Positions 1 through 9,762 are shown, counted from the first letter of the stretch. The stretch is 36,765 nucleotides of DNA from Anaerolineae bacterium (GCA_041082215.1 JBDOIF010000083.1:1-36765); one strand, 5' to 3'. Notes: generated by a model from the sequence alone, not told the origin. A program made the numbers and translations.

Positions 1-29
1 CCCGCTCAATCTGCGTCGGAGGAAGGCCG

Positions 30-3000
30 ATGGATAAGAAGAGACTCCTTTCCCTGCTGATTCTGGGAATCCTGCTGATAGGCCCTGCCCTCTCCTGCCG
101 CCCCCTTCTGGGACCCCGGGAGACGCCTACGCCAACCCGTGAATCCCTGCCCCCTACACACCCCCTCCTCCTCGAACGGTCCCCCGCCCGGGGGGAGGAA
201 GCGCCGCTGGACCGCTCCCTCATCCTCGTTTTCGATCAGCCGATGGACCCCGCCTCCGTGGAGGCGGCCTTTTCCATTGATCCACCGGTCGAGGGGACTT
301 TCTCCTGGCAGGACCCCGCCACGCTGGTCTTCACGCCGCTGTCTAACTGGGAGCGGGCCACCCGCTATCGGGTCCGGCTGGATACGACGGCCCGGTCGGC
401 CGATGGGCTGCCGTTGCGGGAGGAGACGGAGTTCACCTTTGCCACCGTCGGTTATCTGGAGGTGACTCAGGTCATCCCCGAACCGGGCATGACGGAGGTG
501 GAACCGACCGCCGCTGTCACGGTGATGTTCAATCGGCCTGTGGTGCCCCTCCAACTGGTCAGCGCCCCCTCGGCGGAGATGCCGACGCCCGTCCAGTTCG
601 ACCCGCCGGTGGAGGGGAGCGGGGAATGGATCAACACCTCAATCTACGTCTTTCGGCCTTCTACCGGCTTCATTCCCAGCCAGACCTACCGGGCCACCAT
701 CCAGGCCGGCCTCACCGATACGACTGGCGGCATCCTTCAGGAAAGTTTCTCCTGGGAGTTCACGATCCAATCCCCTTACGTCCTCCAGACCGTTCCCGCC
801 AGCGATGAGGGCCAGGTCCCGATCACCCGCCCCATCACCGTCACCTTCAGCCAGCCGATGGACCCCGCCTCGACTGAGGCCGCTTTCTCCCTCCGTACTG
901 AAGATGGGGAGGCGGTCCCCGGTCGCTTCTCCTGGGACGACGCGCACACGACGATGACGTTCTTCCCCGAAGGGCGGCTGGAGCTGGGAATCCGCTACGA
1001 GGCGACGGTCGCCGGGACCGCCCGCGCTGCCGTGGGCAACGCCACCCTGCGAGAAGCCTATAGCTGGCTTTTCTACACGGTTCCCTTCCCCTCCATCCTG
1101 AGGACGAATCCGCGCGATAGGACAACGGTTGATCCCTCAACCTCCTTTGATATCTACTTCTCGGCCCCGATGGACGTCGCTACGCTGATGCCGAACATCA
1201 CCATCCTCCCCGAACCCACCGGAGTCTATACCTGGTGGGACGAATATGAGAACCGCTTTTCTATAGTGTGGAACGTCGAGCCCTCGACCCCCTACGAGGT
1301 CCGCCTGGGAGGGGGAATGGCCGACCTCTACGGCAACACCATCGGCGAAGAGCAGGTTGTCCGCTTCACCACCACCCCTCTGAGCCCTATGGCCTATCTG
1401 GTCGCTCCGGGCAACATAGGGACTTACAACGCCTATACCCCCACCCAGATTTACCTGGCCCATCGGAATGTGACTCAGGTTGACCTGGCCCTCTACCGGC
1501 TGGACTGGGAGGATTTTGTTGACCTGACGGGGCCGAACCGGTGGGAGCTGTGGGATCGGTTCAACCCTGACCGCGAGGCGGAGCTAATGCGGAGCTGGAC
1601 CCTGACGCTTGAAGCGCCTCTGAACGAGATCCGCTACAAGCTGGTGGACCTGGCCGAGGATGGCGGCCCGCTGCCGCCCGGCCTCTACTTCCTGCAGGCC
1701 TCCGCCCCTGAGGTGCAGATCCTGGGAGAAAATCCATCCCGCCGGCTTCTGGTCGTCTCTCCCCTTCACGTCATGCTGAAGCTGGCCCAGCGGGAGGCGC
1801 TGGTCTGGGTGACCGATCTGATGACTGGCAGGCCGGTGGCCGGAGCGCCGGTGCTCATCCTGGGCCCCAATGGGCAGATGATCCGTCAGGGAACAACTGA
1901 CAGCGATGGCGTTTTCCGGGCCGAATTCCGTCCCCTGGAGGATCTGTGGGTTCCCTATACGGCCCGCGTCGGATCGCCGAGGGAGAGGGTGTTCGGCGTG
2001 GCGGTGAGCGACTGGTATGATGGGATCAGCCCCTGGGATTTCGACCTCTCCGCCGATTTCCTTCCTCCACCCTACCGGCTCTACCTGTACACCGAGCGCC
2101 CCATCTATCGGCCGGGCCAGCCGGTCTATTTCCGTGGTGTGATCCGCGCCGAAGACGACGTCCATTTCTCCCTCCCGCCCGCGATCCGCTCTGTCCCCAT
2201 CGCTGTCTACAACGATCAGGGGGAACAGATCTACAGCGATATCCTTCCCCTGTCCGACTTCGGCACGTTCAACGGCCAGTTTACCCTGGGGGAGGAGGCG
2301 GGCCTGGGATACTACTACATCGAGGCGAAGGTGAGCGGACAATCCCAGGGGGTGGGTTTCCAGGTGGCCGAATACCGGAGGCCGGAGTTCGAGGTGAGCG
2401 TCACCGCCGACAAAGAAGAGTATCTGACCGGCGAGCGGGTCAATGCCGTTGTCGAATCCACCTATTTCTTTGGGGGGCCTGTGGCCAATGCCTCTGTTCA
2501 CTGGACATTGCTGGCCCAGGACTATCCTTTCCGACCCGACGTGCCCGGCTGGTGGGACTGGAGCGACACCAGTAGCTGGGATTGGTGGCGACCCCCGGAG
2601 GTCCCGGGCTGGGGGCGGGTGGTCGCCGACGGAGATGGGACCACCGATAGCCGGGGCCGCTTTGTCTTCTCCGTCCCCGCCGATATATCCGAGTCGCAGC
2701 TCAGCCAGCTCTTCACCCTTGAGGCCACCATCACCGACATCAATGATCAGTCCGTCAGCAACCGCACCTCCTTCATTGTCCATAAGGGCCTCTTCTACAT
2801 CGGCCTTCAGCCTCAGCGGTATGTGGGACGGGTCGGCCAGGAGCAGACCGTCGAGGTCCGCACGGTGGACTGGGATGGAGAGCCGGTGGGGAATGTGCGG
2901 CTTGGCGTCACCTATATCCGGAGAGAGTGGCTCAACGTCCAGGAGGAGGATGAATACGGCAACCTCTACTGGACCTGGGTCCCCTCTGATACGGTCGTCT

Positions 3001-5984
3001 TCAGTCAGACCGTGACCACCGACCGGGAGGGGGAGGCAACCGCCTCCTTCATCCCGGAGGAAGGTGGCTCTTACATCGTCCGCGCCGAGGGATCGGACGA
3101 ACGGGGCAACAAGATCGTCTCCGCCACCTGGCTCTGGGTCTCCACCAGCGAGTATGTGAGCTGGCGGCAGGAGAACAGTAACCGCATCCGGCTGGTGGCT
3201 GACCGCCGCTCCTACCGGCCCGGCGACGTGGCCCAGATCCTCATCCCCTCCCCCTTCCAGGGAGAGGTGACTGCCCTCTTCACCGTTGAGCGGGGACGGG
3301 TGCTGAGGCATTGGGTGCAGACCCTTTCCGGCAACGCCGAGACGGTGGAGCTGCCCATCACCGCCGACTATGCTCCCAACGTCTATGTCTCCGTCGTGCT
3401 GGTCAAAGGGTTGGACGAGACCAACCCGGTGCCGGCCTACCGGCTCGGCTACGTCTCCTTCGAGGTCTCCACCGAGCAGCAGGAGCTGCGGATCGAGGTC
3501 ATCCCGGATCGGGACCTGGCGGCGGGGGAGCACTATGGCCCCCGGGAGCAGGTGACGGCCGAGGTGCGGGTGACCGACGCCAACGGTCGGCCGGTGGAAG
3601 CGGAGGTGGGGATCGGGGTGGTGGATAAGGCGGTCTTCTCCCTGGCTGCGCCCAACGCCCCCTCCATTCTGGAGGCCTTCTACGGCGAGCGGGGTCTGGG
3701 TGTCCGCACTGCCGACAGCCTCGTTTTTTCGGTGGATCAGACCAATGTGCGGGTGGCGGAGGAAGCGAAGGGTGGCGGTGGCGGCGGGCCGGAGGCGGCC
3801 CTGGTCGGCGCTGAGTTTATCCGTCAGGAGTTCCCCGATACCGCCTTCTGGGCCCCCAGTGTGCGCACCGACGCGACAGGGCGGGCCACCGTCACCTTCC
3901 GGCTGCCGGACCAGTTGACCACCTGGCATCTGGATGCCCGGGCCGTCACCAGGGAGGCGCTCGTCGGGCAGACAGAGCTGGACATCCTCTCCACCAAGGA
4001 CCTGCTGGTGCGACCGGTGACCCCCCGCTTCTTCGTCGCCGGCGACCAGGCGGAGCTGGGGGCGGTGGTGCACAACAACACCGACCGGCAACTGGAGGTG
4101 GAGGTCTGGCTGGATGCGGAGGGGGTGACGCTCCTGGGGGAGGCCCGCCATACGGTCACGCTGGAGCCAGGCGGTAAGGCGCGGGTGGACTGGCCGGTGG
4201 AGGTGTCGGAGGATGAGGCTGTTTCCGCTGTGGACCTGGTCTTCCACGCTCAGGGCGGCGGCCTGTCCGATGCGGTGAAGCCGCCCGCTGGCCTCCCGCC
4301 GGATCAGCGCCTGCCCGTCTACCGGTACTCTGCTCCGGAGACCGTGGGCACAGCCGGGCAGATAGACGAGGCGGGGAGCGTGCTGGAGGCAGTGGCCCTG
4401 CCCCCCTCCATTGACACAACCCAGGGAGAGCTGACGGTCCGGATCGAGCCTTCGCTGGCGGCAGGGATGACCGACGCACTGAGCTATCTGGAGCATTTCC
4501 CCTACGAATGCACCGAACAACTGATCTCCCGCTTCCTGCCCAATGTGCTCACCTACCAGGCGCTGACCCGGCTGGGGCTGGAGGACCCGGAGCTTGCGGC
4601 TAAGTTGCGGGAGCAGGTGGGAATCGGCCTCCAGCGGCTCTACGCCCGCCAGCATTACGACGGCGGATGGGGATGGTGGGTGAGGGATCAGTCCGACCCC
4701 CTCGTCACCGCCTACGTCGTCTTCGGGCTGATCAAGGCGAAGGAGGCTGGCTTCGCCGTGAGCGGAGGGGCGATCGAACGGGGGGTGGAGTACCTGCGCG
4801 GGCAGATCGGGCCGCTGACAAGGCTCAAGACCACAACGGAGGTCAACCGCCGCGCCTTTATCCTCTATGTGCTGACGGAGGCAGGGGCGGTGCGGGAGAG
4901 CGACCTGACGGCCCTCTATGAGGTGCGGGGACGGCTGGGCCACCACGGTAGGGCCTTCCTGGCGATGAGCCTGGGCCTGTTGAACAAGGAAGACCCCCGC
5001 ATCCGCACCCTCCTTTCTGACCTCAACTCCGCCGCCATCGTCAGCGCCACGGGGGCCCGCTGGCAGGAGACGGATCCGGACCCGTGGAACTGGTCCACCG
5101 ACACGCGCACCACGGCGGTGGTCCTGGACGCCCTGGCCCGCCTGGACCCGGAGAACCGGCTGGCTTCCCAGGCCGTTCGCTGGCTGATGCACGCCCGCAC
5201 CGGAGACCGGTGGGAAACGACTCAGGAAACCGCCTGGTCCCTTATCGCCCTCACCGACTGGATGGTCGCTACCGGCGAGCTGGAGGCGAACTACTCCTGG
5301 GGGGTCCGCCTGAACTGGGAGGACCTGGGGAGCGGACGGGCTACGTCCGAGAACGTGCGGGAGACGACGGAGTTCCGCGTGGCAGTGGCCGACCTCCTGC
5401 GGGGAGAGGCCAACCGGCTCCAGATCGCCCGGGGAGAGGGGCCGGGCCACCTCTACTACACCGCCCACCTGCACGCCTATCTGCCGGTGGAAGAGGTGCG
5501 GGCCCTGAACCGGGGGATTATCATCGGGCGGACCTATGAAATGGCGGATTGTGAGGAGCAATGTCCCTCGCTTGCCGAGGCAAAGGTGGGGGACAGGGTG
5601 CGGGTCCGTCTGACGATCATCGCCCCCAACGACCTGAGTTACGTCGTTGTGGAGGACCCCTTCCCGGCGGGGGCGGAGCCGGTGGACACCAGCCTGCAGA
5701 CCACCAGTGTCGTGGGGGAGCGGCCAGAGCTGCGCCGCACCGACGTGGAGAGCTTCTGGTGGGATTGGGGCTGGGGATGGTGGTGGTTCGCTGAGGCTGA
5801 CCTGCGGGATGAGAAGCTGGTGCTCTTTGCCCCCTCCCTGCCGGCCGGGACCTATGAGTACACCTATCTCCTGGAGATGGGGCTGCCGGGCACGTACCGG
5901 GTCCTGCCGGCCACCGCATATGAGATGTACTTCCCGGAGGTAATGGGCCGGTCGGACGGGATGCTGTTCCGGATCTCCAGGTGA
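30..5984 (+). CDS. Bacterial alpha-2-macroglobulin family lipoprotein with about 4 N-terminal SbsA-like Ig (Big_5) domains
   Basis: 1984 aa ORF with GGAGG RBS and lipobox ALSC. Four Ig-like repeats (e.g. VFDQPMD, TFSQPMD, YFSAPMD), MG-domain motif YTERPIYRPGQ, bait-like KGGGGGG followed by RQEFPDTAFW, and thioester motif FPYECTEQ (Cys codon 4509). Confidence 0.93.
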   Translation: MDKKRLLSLLILGILLIGPALSCRPLLGPRETPTPTRESLPPTHPLLLERSPARGEEAPLDRSLILVFDQPMDPASVEAAFSIDPPVEGTFSWQDPATLVFTPLSNWERATRYRVRLDTTARSADGLPLREETEFTFATVGYLEVTQVIPEPGMTEVEPTAAVTVMFNRPVVPLQLVSAPSAEMPTPVQFDPPVEGSGEWINTSIYVFRPSTGFIPSQTYRATIQAGLTDTTGGILQESFSWEFTIQSPYVLQTVPASDEGQVPITRPITVTFSQPMDPASTEAAFSLRTEDGEAVPGRFSWDDAHTTMTFFPEGRLELGIRYEATVAGTARAAVGNATLREAYSWLFYTVPFPSILRTNPRDRTTVDPSTSFDIYFSAPMDVATLMPNITILPEPTGVYTWWDEYENRFSIVWNVEPSTPYEVRLGGGMADLYGNTIGEEQVVRFTTTPLSPMAYLVAPGNIGTYNAYTPTQIYLAHRNVTQVDLALYRLDWEDFVDLTGPNRWELWDRFNPDREAELMRSWTLTLEAPLNEIRYKLVDLAEDGGPLPPGLYFLQASAPEVQILGENPSRRLLVVSPLHVMLKLAQREALVWVTDLMTGRPVAGAPVLILGPNGQMIRQGTTDSDGVFRAEFRPLEDLWVPYTARVGSPRERVFGVAVSDWYDGISPWDFDLSADFLPPPYRLYLYTERPIYRPGQPVYFRGVIRAEDDVHFSLPPAIRSVPIAVYNDQGEQIYSDILPLSDFGTFNGQFTLGEEAGLGYYYIEAKVSGQSQGVGFQVAEYRRPEFEVSVTADKEEYLTGERVNAVVESTYFFGGPVANASVHWTLLAQDYPFRPDVPGWWDWSDTSSWDWWRPPEVPGWGRVVADGDGTTDSRGRFVFSVPADISESQLSQLFTLEATITDINDQSVSNRTSFIVHKGLFYIGLQPQRYVGRVGQEQTVEVRTVDWDGEPVGNVRLGVTYIRREWLNVQEEDEYGNLYWTWVPSDTVVFSQTVTTDREGEATASFIPEEGGSYIVRAEGSDERGNKIVSATWLWVSTSEYVSWRQENSNRIRLVADRRSYRPGDVAQILIPSPFQGEVTALFTVERGRVLRHWVQTLSGNAETVELPITADYAPNVYVSVVLVKGLDETNPVPAYRLGYVSFEVSTEQQELRIEVIPDRDLAAGEHYGPREQVTAEVRVTDANGRPVEAEVGIGVVDKAVFSLAAPNAPSILEAFYGERGLGVRTADSLVFSVDQTNVRVAEEAKGGGGGGPEAALVGAEFIRQEFPDTAFWAPSVRTDATGRATVTFRLPDQLTTWHLDARAVTREALVGQTELDILSTKDLLVRPVTPRFFVAGDQAELGAVVHNNTDRQLEVEVWLDAEGVTLLGEARHTVTLEPGGKARVDWPVEVSEDEAVSAVDLVFHAQGGGLSDAVKPPAGLPPDQRLPVYRYSAPETVGTAGQIDEAGSVLEAVALPPSIDTTQGELTVRIEPSLAAGMTDALSYLEHFPYECTEQLISRFLPNVLTYQALTRLGLEDPELAAKLREQVGIGLQRLYARQHYDGGWGWWVRDQSDPLVTAYVVFGLIKAKEAGFAVSGGAIERGVEYLRGQIGPLTRLKTTTEVNRRAFILYVLTEAGAVRESDLTALYEVRGRLGHHGRAFLAMSLGLLNKEDPRIRTLLSDLNSAAIVSATGARWQETDPDPWNWSTDTRTTAVVLDALARLDPENRLASQAVRWLMHARTGDRWETTQETAWSLIALTDWMVATGELEANYSWGVRLNWEDLGSGRATSENVRETTEFRVAVADLLRGEANRLQIARGEGPGHLYYTAHLHAYLPVEEVRALNRGIIIGRTYEMADCEEQCPSLAEAKVGDRVRVRLTIIAPNDLSYVVVEDPFPAGAEPVDTSLQTTSVVGERPELRRTDVESFWWDWGWGWWWFAEADLRDEKLVLFAPSLPAGTYEYTYLLEMGLPGTYRVLPATAYEMYFPEVMGRSDGMLFRISR

Positions 5985-6014
5985 CGGGAGTTACGCACTT
6001 GCGGCGGGTAAAGA

Positions 6015-6099
6015 ACCGCGGAGGCGCAGAGGGCACGGAGAAGCACCGAGAAGCCTTTGGGTTCTCCGTGAAGCTCTGCGTCCTCCGCGTCTCTGTGGT
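6015..6099. repeat. Degenerate palindromic intergenic element, family A copy 1
   Basis: Left arm ACCGCGGAGGCGCAGAGGGCACGGAGAA pairs imperfectly with right arm TTCTCCGTG...CTCTGCGTCCTCCGCGTCTCTGTGGT. Related sequences at 29272 and 36007. Confidence 0.7.
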
Positions 6100-6100
6100 A

Positions 6101-6135
6101 GAAAACGAAAGAACCGGTCGGCGGGGGCCGACCGG
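6101..6135 (-). terminator. Intrinsic terminator of tRNA-Val
   Basis: 9-bp perfect stem CCGGTCGGC/GCCGACCGG (6114-6135) with 4-nt loop, followed on the minus strand by TTCTTTCGTTTTC. Confidence 0.75.
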
Positions 6136-6140
6136 CCCAG

Positions 6141-6214
6141 TGGGCGGTACAGGACTTGAACCTGTGACCTCCACGATGTCAACGTGGCGCTCTGGCCAAC
6201 TGAGCTAACCGCCC
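6141..6214 (-). tRNA. tRNA-Val(GAC), CCA not encoded
   Basis: Reverse complement GGGCGGTTAGCTCAGTTGGCCAGAGCGCCACGTTGACATCGTGGAGGTCACAGGTTCAAGTCCTGTACCGCCCA folds as a cloverleaf with anticodon stem CCACG/CGTGG, GAC anticodon and T-loop TTCAAGT. Confidence 0.97.
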
Positions 6215-6224
6215 TTTGAAGTTG

Positions 6225-6253
6225 ATTATACCACCGCCCGGCGGGGTTGGCAA
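6225..6253 (-). promoter_or_regulatory. sigma70-type promoter of tRNA-Val
   Basis: TTGCCA-17 nt-TATAAT on the minus strand, with TG extended -10, 10 nt upstream of the tRNA. Confidence 0.8.
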
Positions 6254-6331
6254 GTAGGGGCGACCGGCCCGGTCGCCCCTATTGCCCGATGGGGTTGGCA
6301 AGTAAGGGCGACCAGCCCGGTCGCCCTCCTC
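6236..6331. repeat. Two tandem 48-bp units, each with a GTAG-type REP-like palindrome
   Basis: gcccggcggggttggcaagtaggggcgaccggcccggtcgcccctatt versus gcccgatggggttggcaagtaagggcgaccagcccggtcgccctcctc. Copy 1 holds the perfect inverted repeat TAGGGGCGACCGG-C-CCGGTCGCCCCTA. Confidence 0.8.
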
Positions 6332-6429
6332 CCCCTGCCCCCTCCGGTGCCTGCTGCAGGCGGGCGGGGGTGGGGTGATGGTCTTTGGGCAAGCTGCAAC
6401 AGCCTGTCCTGCTGACGGGTATCGGCATT

Positions 6430-7422
6430 ATGGTAGAGGAAACCTGGGGTGTGATCGGCCACGAATGGGCAGTGCGCCTCCTGCACCGGGCGCTGGAGCG
6501 GGGGGAGCTTTCCCATGCCTATCTTTTCACCGGCCCGCCGGGGGTGGGGAAGGGGACGCTGGCACGGGCATTGGCTTCGGCTCTCCTGTGCCAGGGGGAA
6601 CCGAAGCCCTGCAAATCCTGCCAGGCCTGTTTCCTGGTCGAGAGAGGGAGCCACCCCGACCTGCATTGGGTCGAGCCGGAATCGGCGACTGGCCGGCTGA
6701 CGATTGATCAGGTGCGGGAACTCCAGCACCAGTTGGCTCTCACCCCTGGCATGGGCAAGCGGCAGGTGGCGGTGCTGGAGCGCTTCGAGCAGGCGACCCC
6801 ATCGGCAGCCAACGCCCTGTTGAAGACGCTGGAGGAACCGCCGGCCCACGTGCTTCTGGTCCTTCTGGCCCCCGATACCGACTCCCTGCTCCCCACCATC
6901 GTCTCGCGCTGCCAGGTGGTACCCCTGCGCACCCTGCCGATCCCGGTTGTGGAGGAGGCGCTGCGGGAGCGGTGGGGAGTGGGGGAGGAACAGGCCCGGT
7001 TGCTGGCCCATCTCTGTGGCGGGCGGCTGGGCTGGGCAGTGCGGGCGGTCGAGGATCGGTCGCTGCTGGAGCGCCGCCATCGGCGGCTGGAGGAGCTGAT
7101 GGGGCTGCTCGGGGCTTCGCTGGTGGAGCGGTTCCGCTACGCCGCCAGGCTGGCCGACGACGAGCCGGAAAGGGTAGAGGAGGCTCTCGACCTGTGGGCG
7201 GGGTGGTGGCGGGATGTGATGGTGCTGGCGGGTGGAGCGGAGGGGCCGCTGGTCAATCTGGATGATCGGGAGCGATTGAGGAGGCTTGCAACGCGGCTGG
7301 GGCCCCATCGGGCGGCAGCACTGGTGGAGGCCACACGGGCCGCCGCCGATCGGCTGCGCCGCAACGCCAACCCCCGGCTGGTGCTGGAGGTCCTCCTGGC
7401 TTTCGATATGCCCCGATTGTAG
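6430..7422 (+). CDS. holB: DNA polymerase III subunit delta'
   Basis: HAYLFTGPPGVGK, zinc module CxxxxxPCxxCxxC, HPD, ANALLKTLEEPP, LLPTIVSRC. Start placed at ATG 6430 (MVEETW); the ORF is open from 6385. Confidence 0.93.
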   Translation: MVEETWGVIGHEWAVRLLHRALERGELSHAYLFTGPPGVGKGTLARALASALLCQGEPKPCKSCQACFLVERGSHPDLHWVEPESATGRLTIDQVRELQHQLALTPGMGKRQVAVLERFEQATPSAANALLKTLEEPPAHVLLVLLAPDTDSLLPTIVSRCQVVPLRTLPIPVVEEALRERWGVGEEQARLLAHLCGGRLGWAVRAVEDRSLLERRHRRLEELMGLLGASLVERFRYAARLADDEPERVEEALDLWAGWWRDVMVLAGGAEGPLVNLDDRERLRRLATRLGPHRAAALVEATRAAADRLRRNANPRLVLEVLLAFDMPRL

Positions 7423-7442
7423 GCGCTTTCCGCAGATCGTGC

Positions 7443-8276
7443 CTACGGTTCCCGGCCCGCCTTTTTCCGCAGGGCTTCCACGCATTCCCACGGCACATAG
7501 ACCGACCCCAGCATCGCCCCCTCCTCGTATCCGGGACTGTGGAAGTCCGAGCCGCCGGTCGCCAGGAGATCATATTGTCGGCAGAGGTCGAGAAGGAGCG
7601 CTACGTCTCTGGGCGAGTGGTCCGGATAATAGACCTCCAGTCCCTCCAGGCCGTACTCCACAAACTGGGGGATCTGGTCTACCGCACCGGAGGCAGCGGG
7701 GTGGGCCAGCACGGCTATGCCGCCCGCGCGGTGGATGGCCTCGATCACCTCGGGGGGGGTTAGGCGGAGACGGGGGACGTAGGCCGGTCCCTCCCGGCCG
7801 ATGTAGCGTTCGAAGGCCTCGGCGATGGAGGAGATGTAGCCCCGGTTGAGGAGCGCCCGGGCAATGTGGGGCCGTCCCACCGATTCTCCTCCGGCCAGGG
7901 CCTGCACCTCCTCCCATTGCAGCGGCAGTCCTATCTCCGCCAGCCTCTCCACCATCCTTTGTGCCCGGCCCAGCCGGGCCTCCCGTATTGCCCGGAGCCG
8001 CTCGTTGAGGAAGGGGTTGGCGGGGTCCACGTAGAGGCCGAGGAAGTGGAGGTCTCCCCAGTCTCCCTCCGAGTTCACCTCCACGCCGGGGATGACCTCC
8101 AGGGACGTTCCAGCCGCTGCGGCCAGCGCCTCGGCCACACCCTCCGTCGTATCGTGATCGGTCAGGGCGATGACGGAGAGGCCCCGCTCCAATGCCAGAC
8201 GGACGACCTCCGACGGCGTCAGCACACCGTCGGAGGCCGTACTGTGGATGTGAAGATCTATTGAGTTGGGGAGCAT
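7443..8276 (-). CDS. PHP-domain metal-dependent phosphoesterase (TrpH/YciV-like)
   Basis: DLHIHSTASDG, ALTDHDT, GRPHIA, LAHP and GGSDFH motifs. ATG overlaps the spoVS stop (ATGA). Confidence 0.9.
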   Translation of the reverse strand: MLPNSIDLHIHSTASDGVLTPSEVVRLALERGLSVIALTDHDTTEGVAEALAAAAGTSLEVIPGVEVNSEGDWGDLHFLGLYVDPANPFLNERLRAIREARLGRAQRMVERLAEIGLPLQWEEVQALAGGESVGRPHIARALLNRGYISSIAEAFERYIGREGPAYVPRLRLTPPEVIEAIHRAGGIAVLAHPAASGAVDQIPQFVEYGLEGLEVYYPDHSPRDVALLLDLCRQYDLLATGGSDFHSPGYEEGAMLGSVYVPWECVEALRKKAGREP

Positions 8277-8572
8277 CAGGTTCCCGGGGAAGAGAGCTCT
8301 TTGGACTGGTTGCATCGGGGCTCAATGGTGAGCCGCACGGCCGTTCGCTCCTGCCCGTCAATCATCACCTCGGAGAAGTAGGGAACGCAGACGATGTCTA
8401 TCCCGTCCAGTTCCAGGTACCCTCTGGCGATGGCGATGGCTTTGATGGCCTGGTTGACCGCTCCGGCCCCGATGGCCTGCACGTCCACCCGCCCTCTCTC
8501 GCGTATGACTCCGGCGATGGCTCCCGCCACTGCGGTGGACCGGGAGTTGGTCGCCACTTTGATGAGCTCCAT
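8276..8572 (-). CDS. spoVS: Stage V sporulation protein S family (Alba-like fold)
   Basis: MELIKVATNSRSTAVAGAIAGVIRE...QAIGAGAVNQAIKAIAIARGY; strong RBS AAGGGAGG; 98 aa. Confidence 0.93.
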   Translation of the reverse strand: MELIKVATNSRSTAVAGAIAGVIRERGRVDVQAIGAGAVNQAIKAIAIARGYLELDGIDIVCVPYFSEVMIDGQERTAVRLTIEPRCNQSKELSSPGT

Positions 8573-8694
8573 TGTACACCTCCCTTTGCTGCTATGTGGT
8601 TGTCCCCTCTTGATGCCCGGGCCTTCGCGGGGCTTGTACCGGCCTGACCGGGTTCTGGTTGGGACAGTCTGTTCAGGTACGGCCTGCGGCCTAT

Positions 8695-8722
8695 ATTTTA
8701 CCTCAAGAGGGGTTTTTTGCAA
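8695..8722 (-). promoter_or_regulatory. Putative promoter for spoVS-PHP
   Basis: TTGCAA-16 nt-TAAAAT on the minus strand in an AT-rich patch. Confidence 0.5.
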
Positions 8723-8867
8723 GCTGCCTGTTCTGCCGTTATCTTATCATGACGGCCGTGCTGCGCCGTTTCTGGAGCGTTACAGAAGGGTTACAGCCCC
8801 TTTCTGTTAACAGGCCGCTACCAAAGCTGGGATAGTGGGGTATAATAGGGCCGATATGGAGGGAGAG

Positions 8868-9758
8868 ATGGTCATTCAGGTCCAGGATCTGTCGAAGCGA
8901 TACGGCGACGTGGTAGCGGTGGACCACCTCTCGTTTGAGGTGGAGCGGGGAGAGGTTTTTGGGCTGCTGGGCCCCAACGGGGCCGGGAAGACGACCACCA
9001 TCCGCATTATGATGGACATCCTGCAGCCCGATGGGGGGCAGGTATGGGTGCTGGGGCGTTCCCCCGGGGAGGCCAAGGAGCAGGTGGGGTATCTCCCTGA
9101 GGAGCGAGGATTGTATCGCAACCTGAAGGTGCTGGAGACCCTCGTCTACCTGGCCCAACTGAAGGGGGTGGAGCGGGGGACGGCCCGGGAGCGGGCGATG
9201 GCTTTGCTCGAGCAGGTGGAGCTGGCCGACTGGGCCCAGCGGAGGGTGCGGGACCTGAGCCGCGGGATGCAGCAGCGGCTCCAGTTCGTCGCCAGCCTGG
9301 TCCACGACCCCCAGGTGCTGATCCTCGACGAGCCGTTCCAGGGGCTGGATCCGGTCAACGTGGAGCGGATCAAACACCTCATTCTGCAGTTGCACAGGGA
9401 AGGGAAGACGGTCATCCTGAGCACCCACCAGATGAACCTGGTCGAAGCGCTGTGCGACCGCATCCTCCTGATCAATCGGGGGCGAGGGGTGCTGTACGGT
9501 CATCTGAAGGAGATCAAAAAGCAATACGCTCCCCACGCTGTCCGGGTGCGCGCCCCGTCGCTCCCTCCCCACATCCCCGGCGTGGTCAGCGCGGAGCCGG
9601 ACGACGGGGCGTTCTTCCTCTCTCTGGCCGAGGACGTCAGCCCCCGCCAGGTTCTGAAGGCACTTCTGGCCCGGGATGTGGAGATCGAGGTGTTCGAGGT
9701 GGCGCCGGTACCGCTGGAGGACATTTTCGTAGCTGTGGTCAGTGAAAGGGGGGAGTGA
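8868..9758 (+). CDS. ABC-2 exporter ATP-binding protein (NatA/YhaQ-like)
   Basis: [23 protein letters not shown] and H-loop STH. Start at ATG 8868 after GGAGGGAG; TATAAT at 8841. Confidence 0.9.
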   Translation: MVIQVQDLSKRYGDVVAVDHLSFEVERGEVFGLLGPNGAGKTTTIRIMMDILQPDGGQVWVLGRSPGEAKEQVGYLPEERGLYRNLKVLETLVYLAQLKGVERGTARERAMALLEQVELADWAQRRVRDLSRGMQQRLQFVASLVHDPQVLILDEPFQGLDPVNVERIKHLILQLHREGKTVILSTHQMNLVEALCDRILLINRGRGVLYGHLKEIKKQYAPHAVRVRAPSLPPHIPGVVSAEPDDGAFFLSLAEDVSPRQVLKALLARDVEIEVFEVAPVPLEDIFVAVVSERGE

Positions 9759-9762
9759 GTTG

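Noticed and set aside
1584..5561. 1325-aa antisense ORF
   Set aside because: Shadow of the alpha-2-macroglobulin gene; high GC3 removes antisense stops and no domain motifs are recognisable.
6100..6214. tRNA as an integration site for an island
   Set aside because: No integrase and no duplicated tRNA 3' end noticed in the window.
6236..6331. Possible mini CRISPR array
   Set aside because: Only two units, the inter-palindrome sequences are themselves repeated rather than unique spacers, and no cas genes are present.
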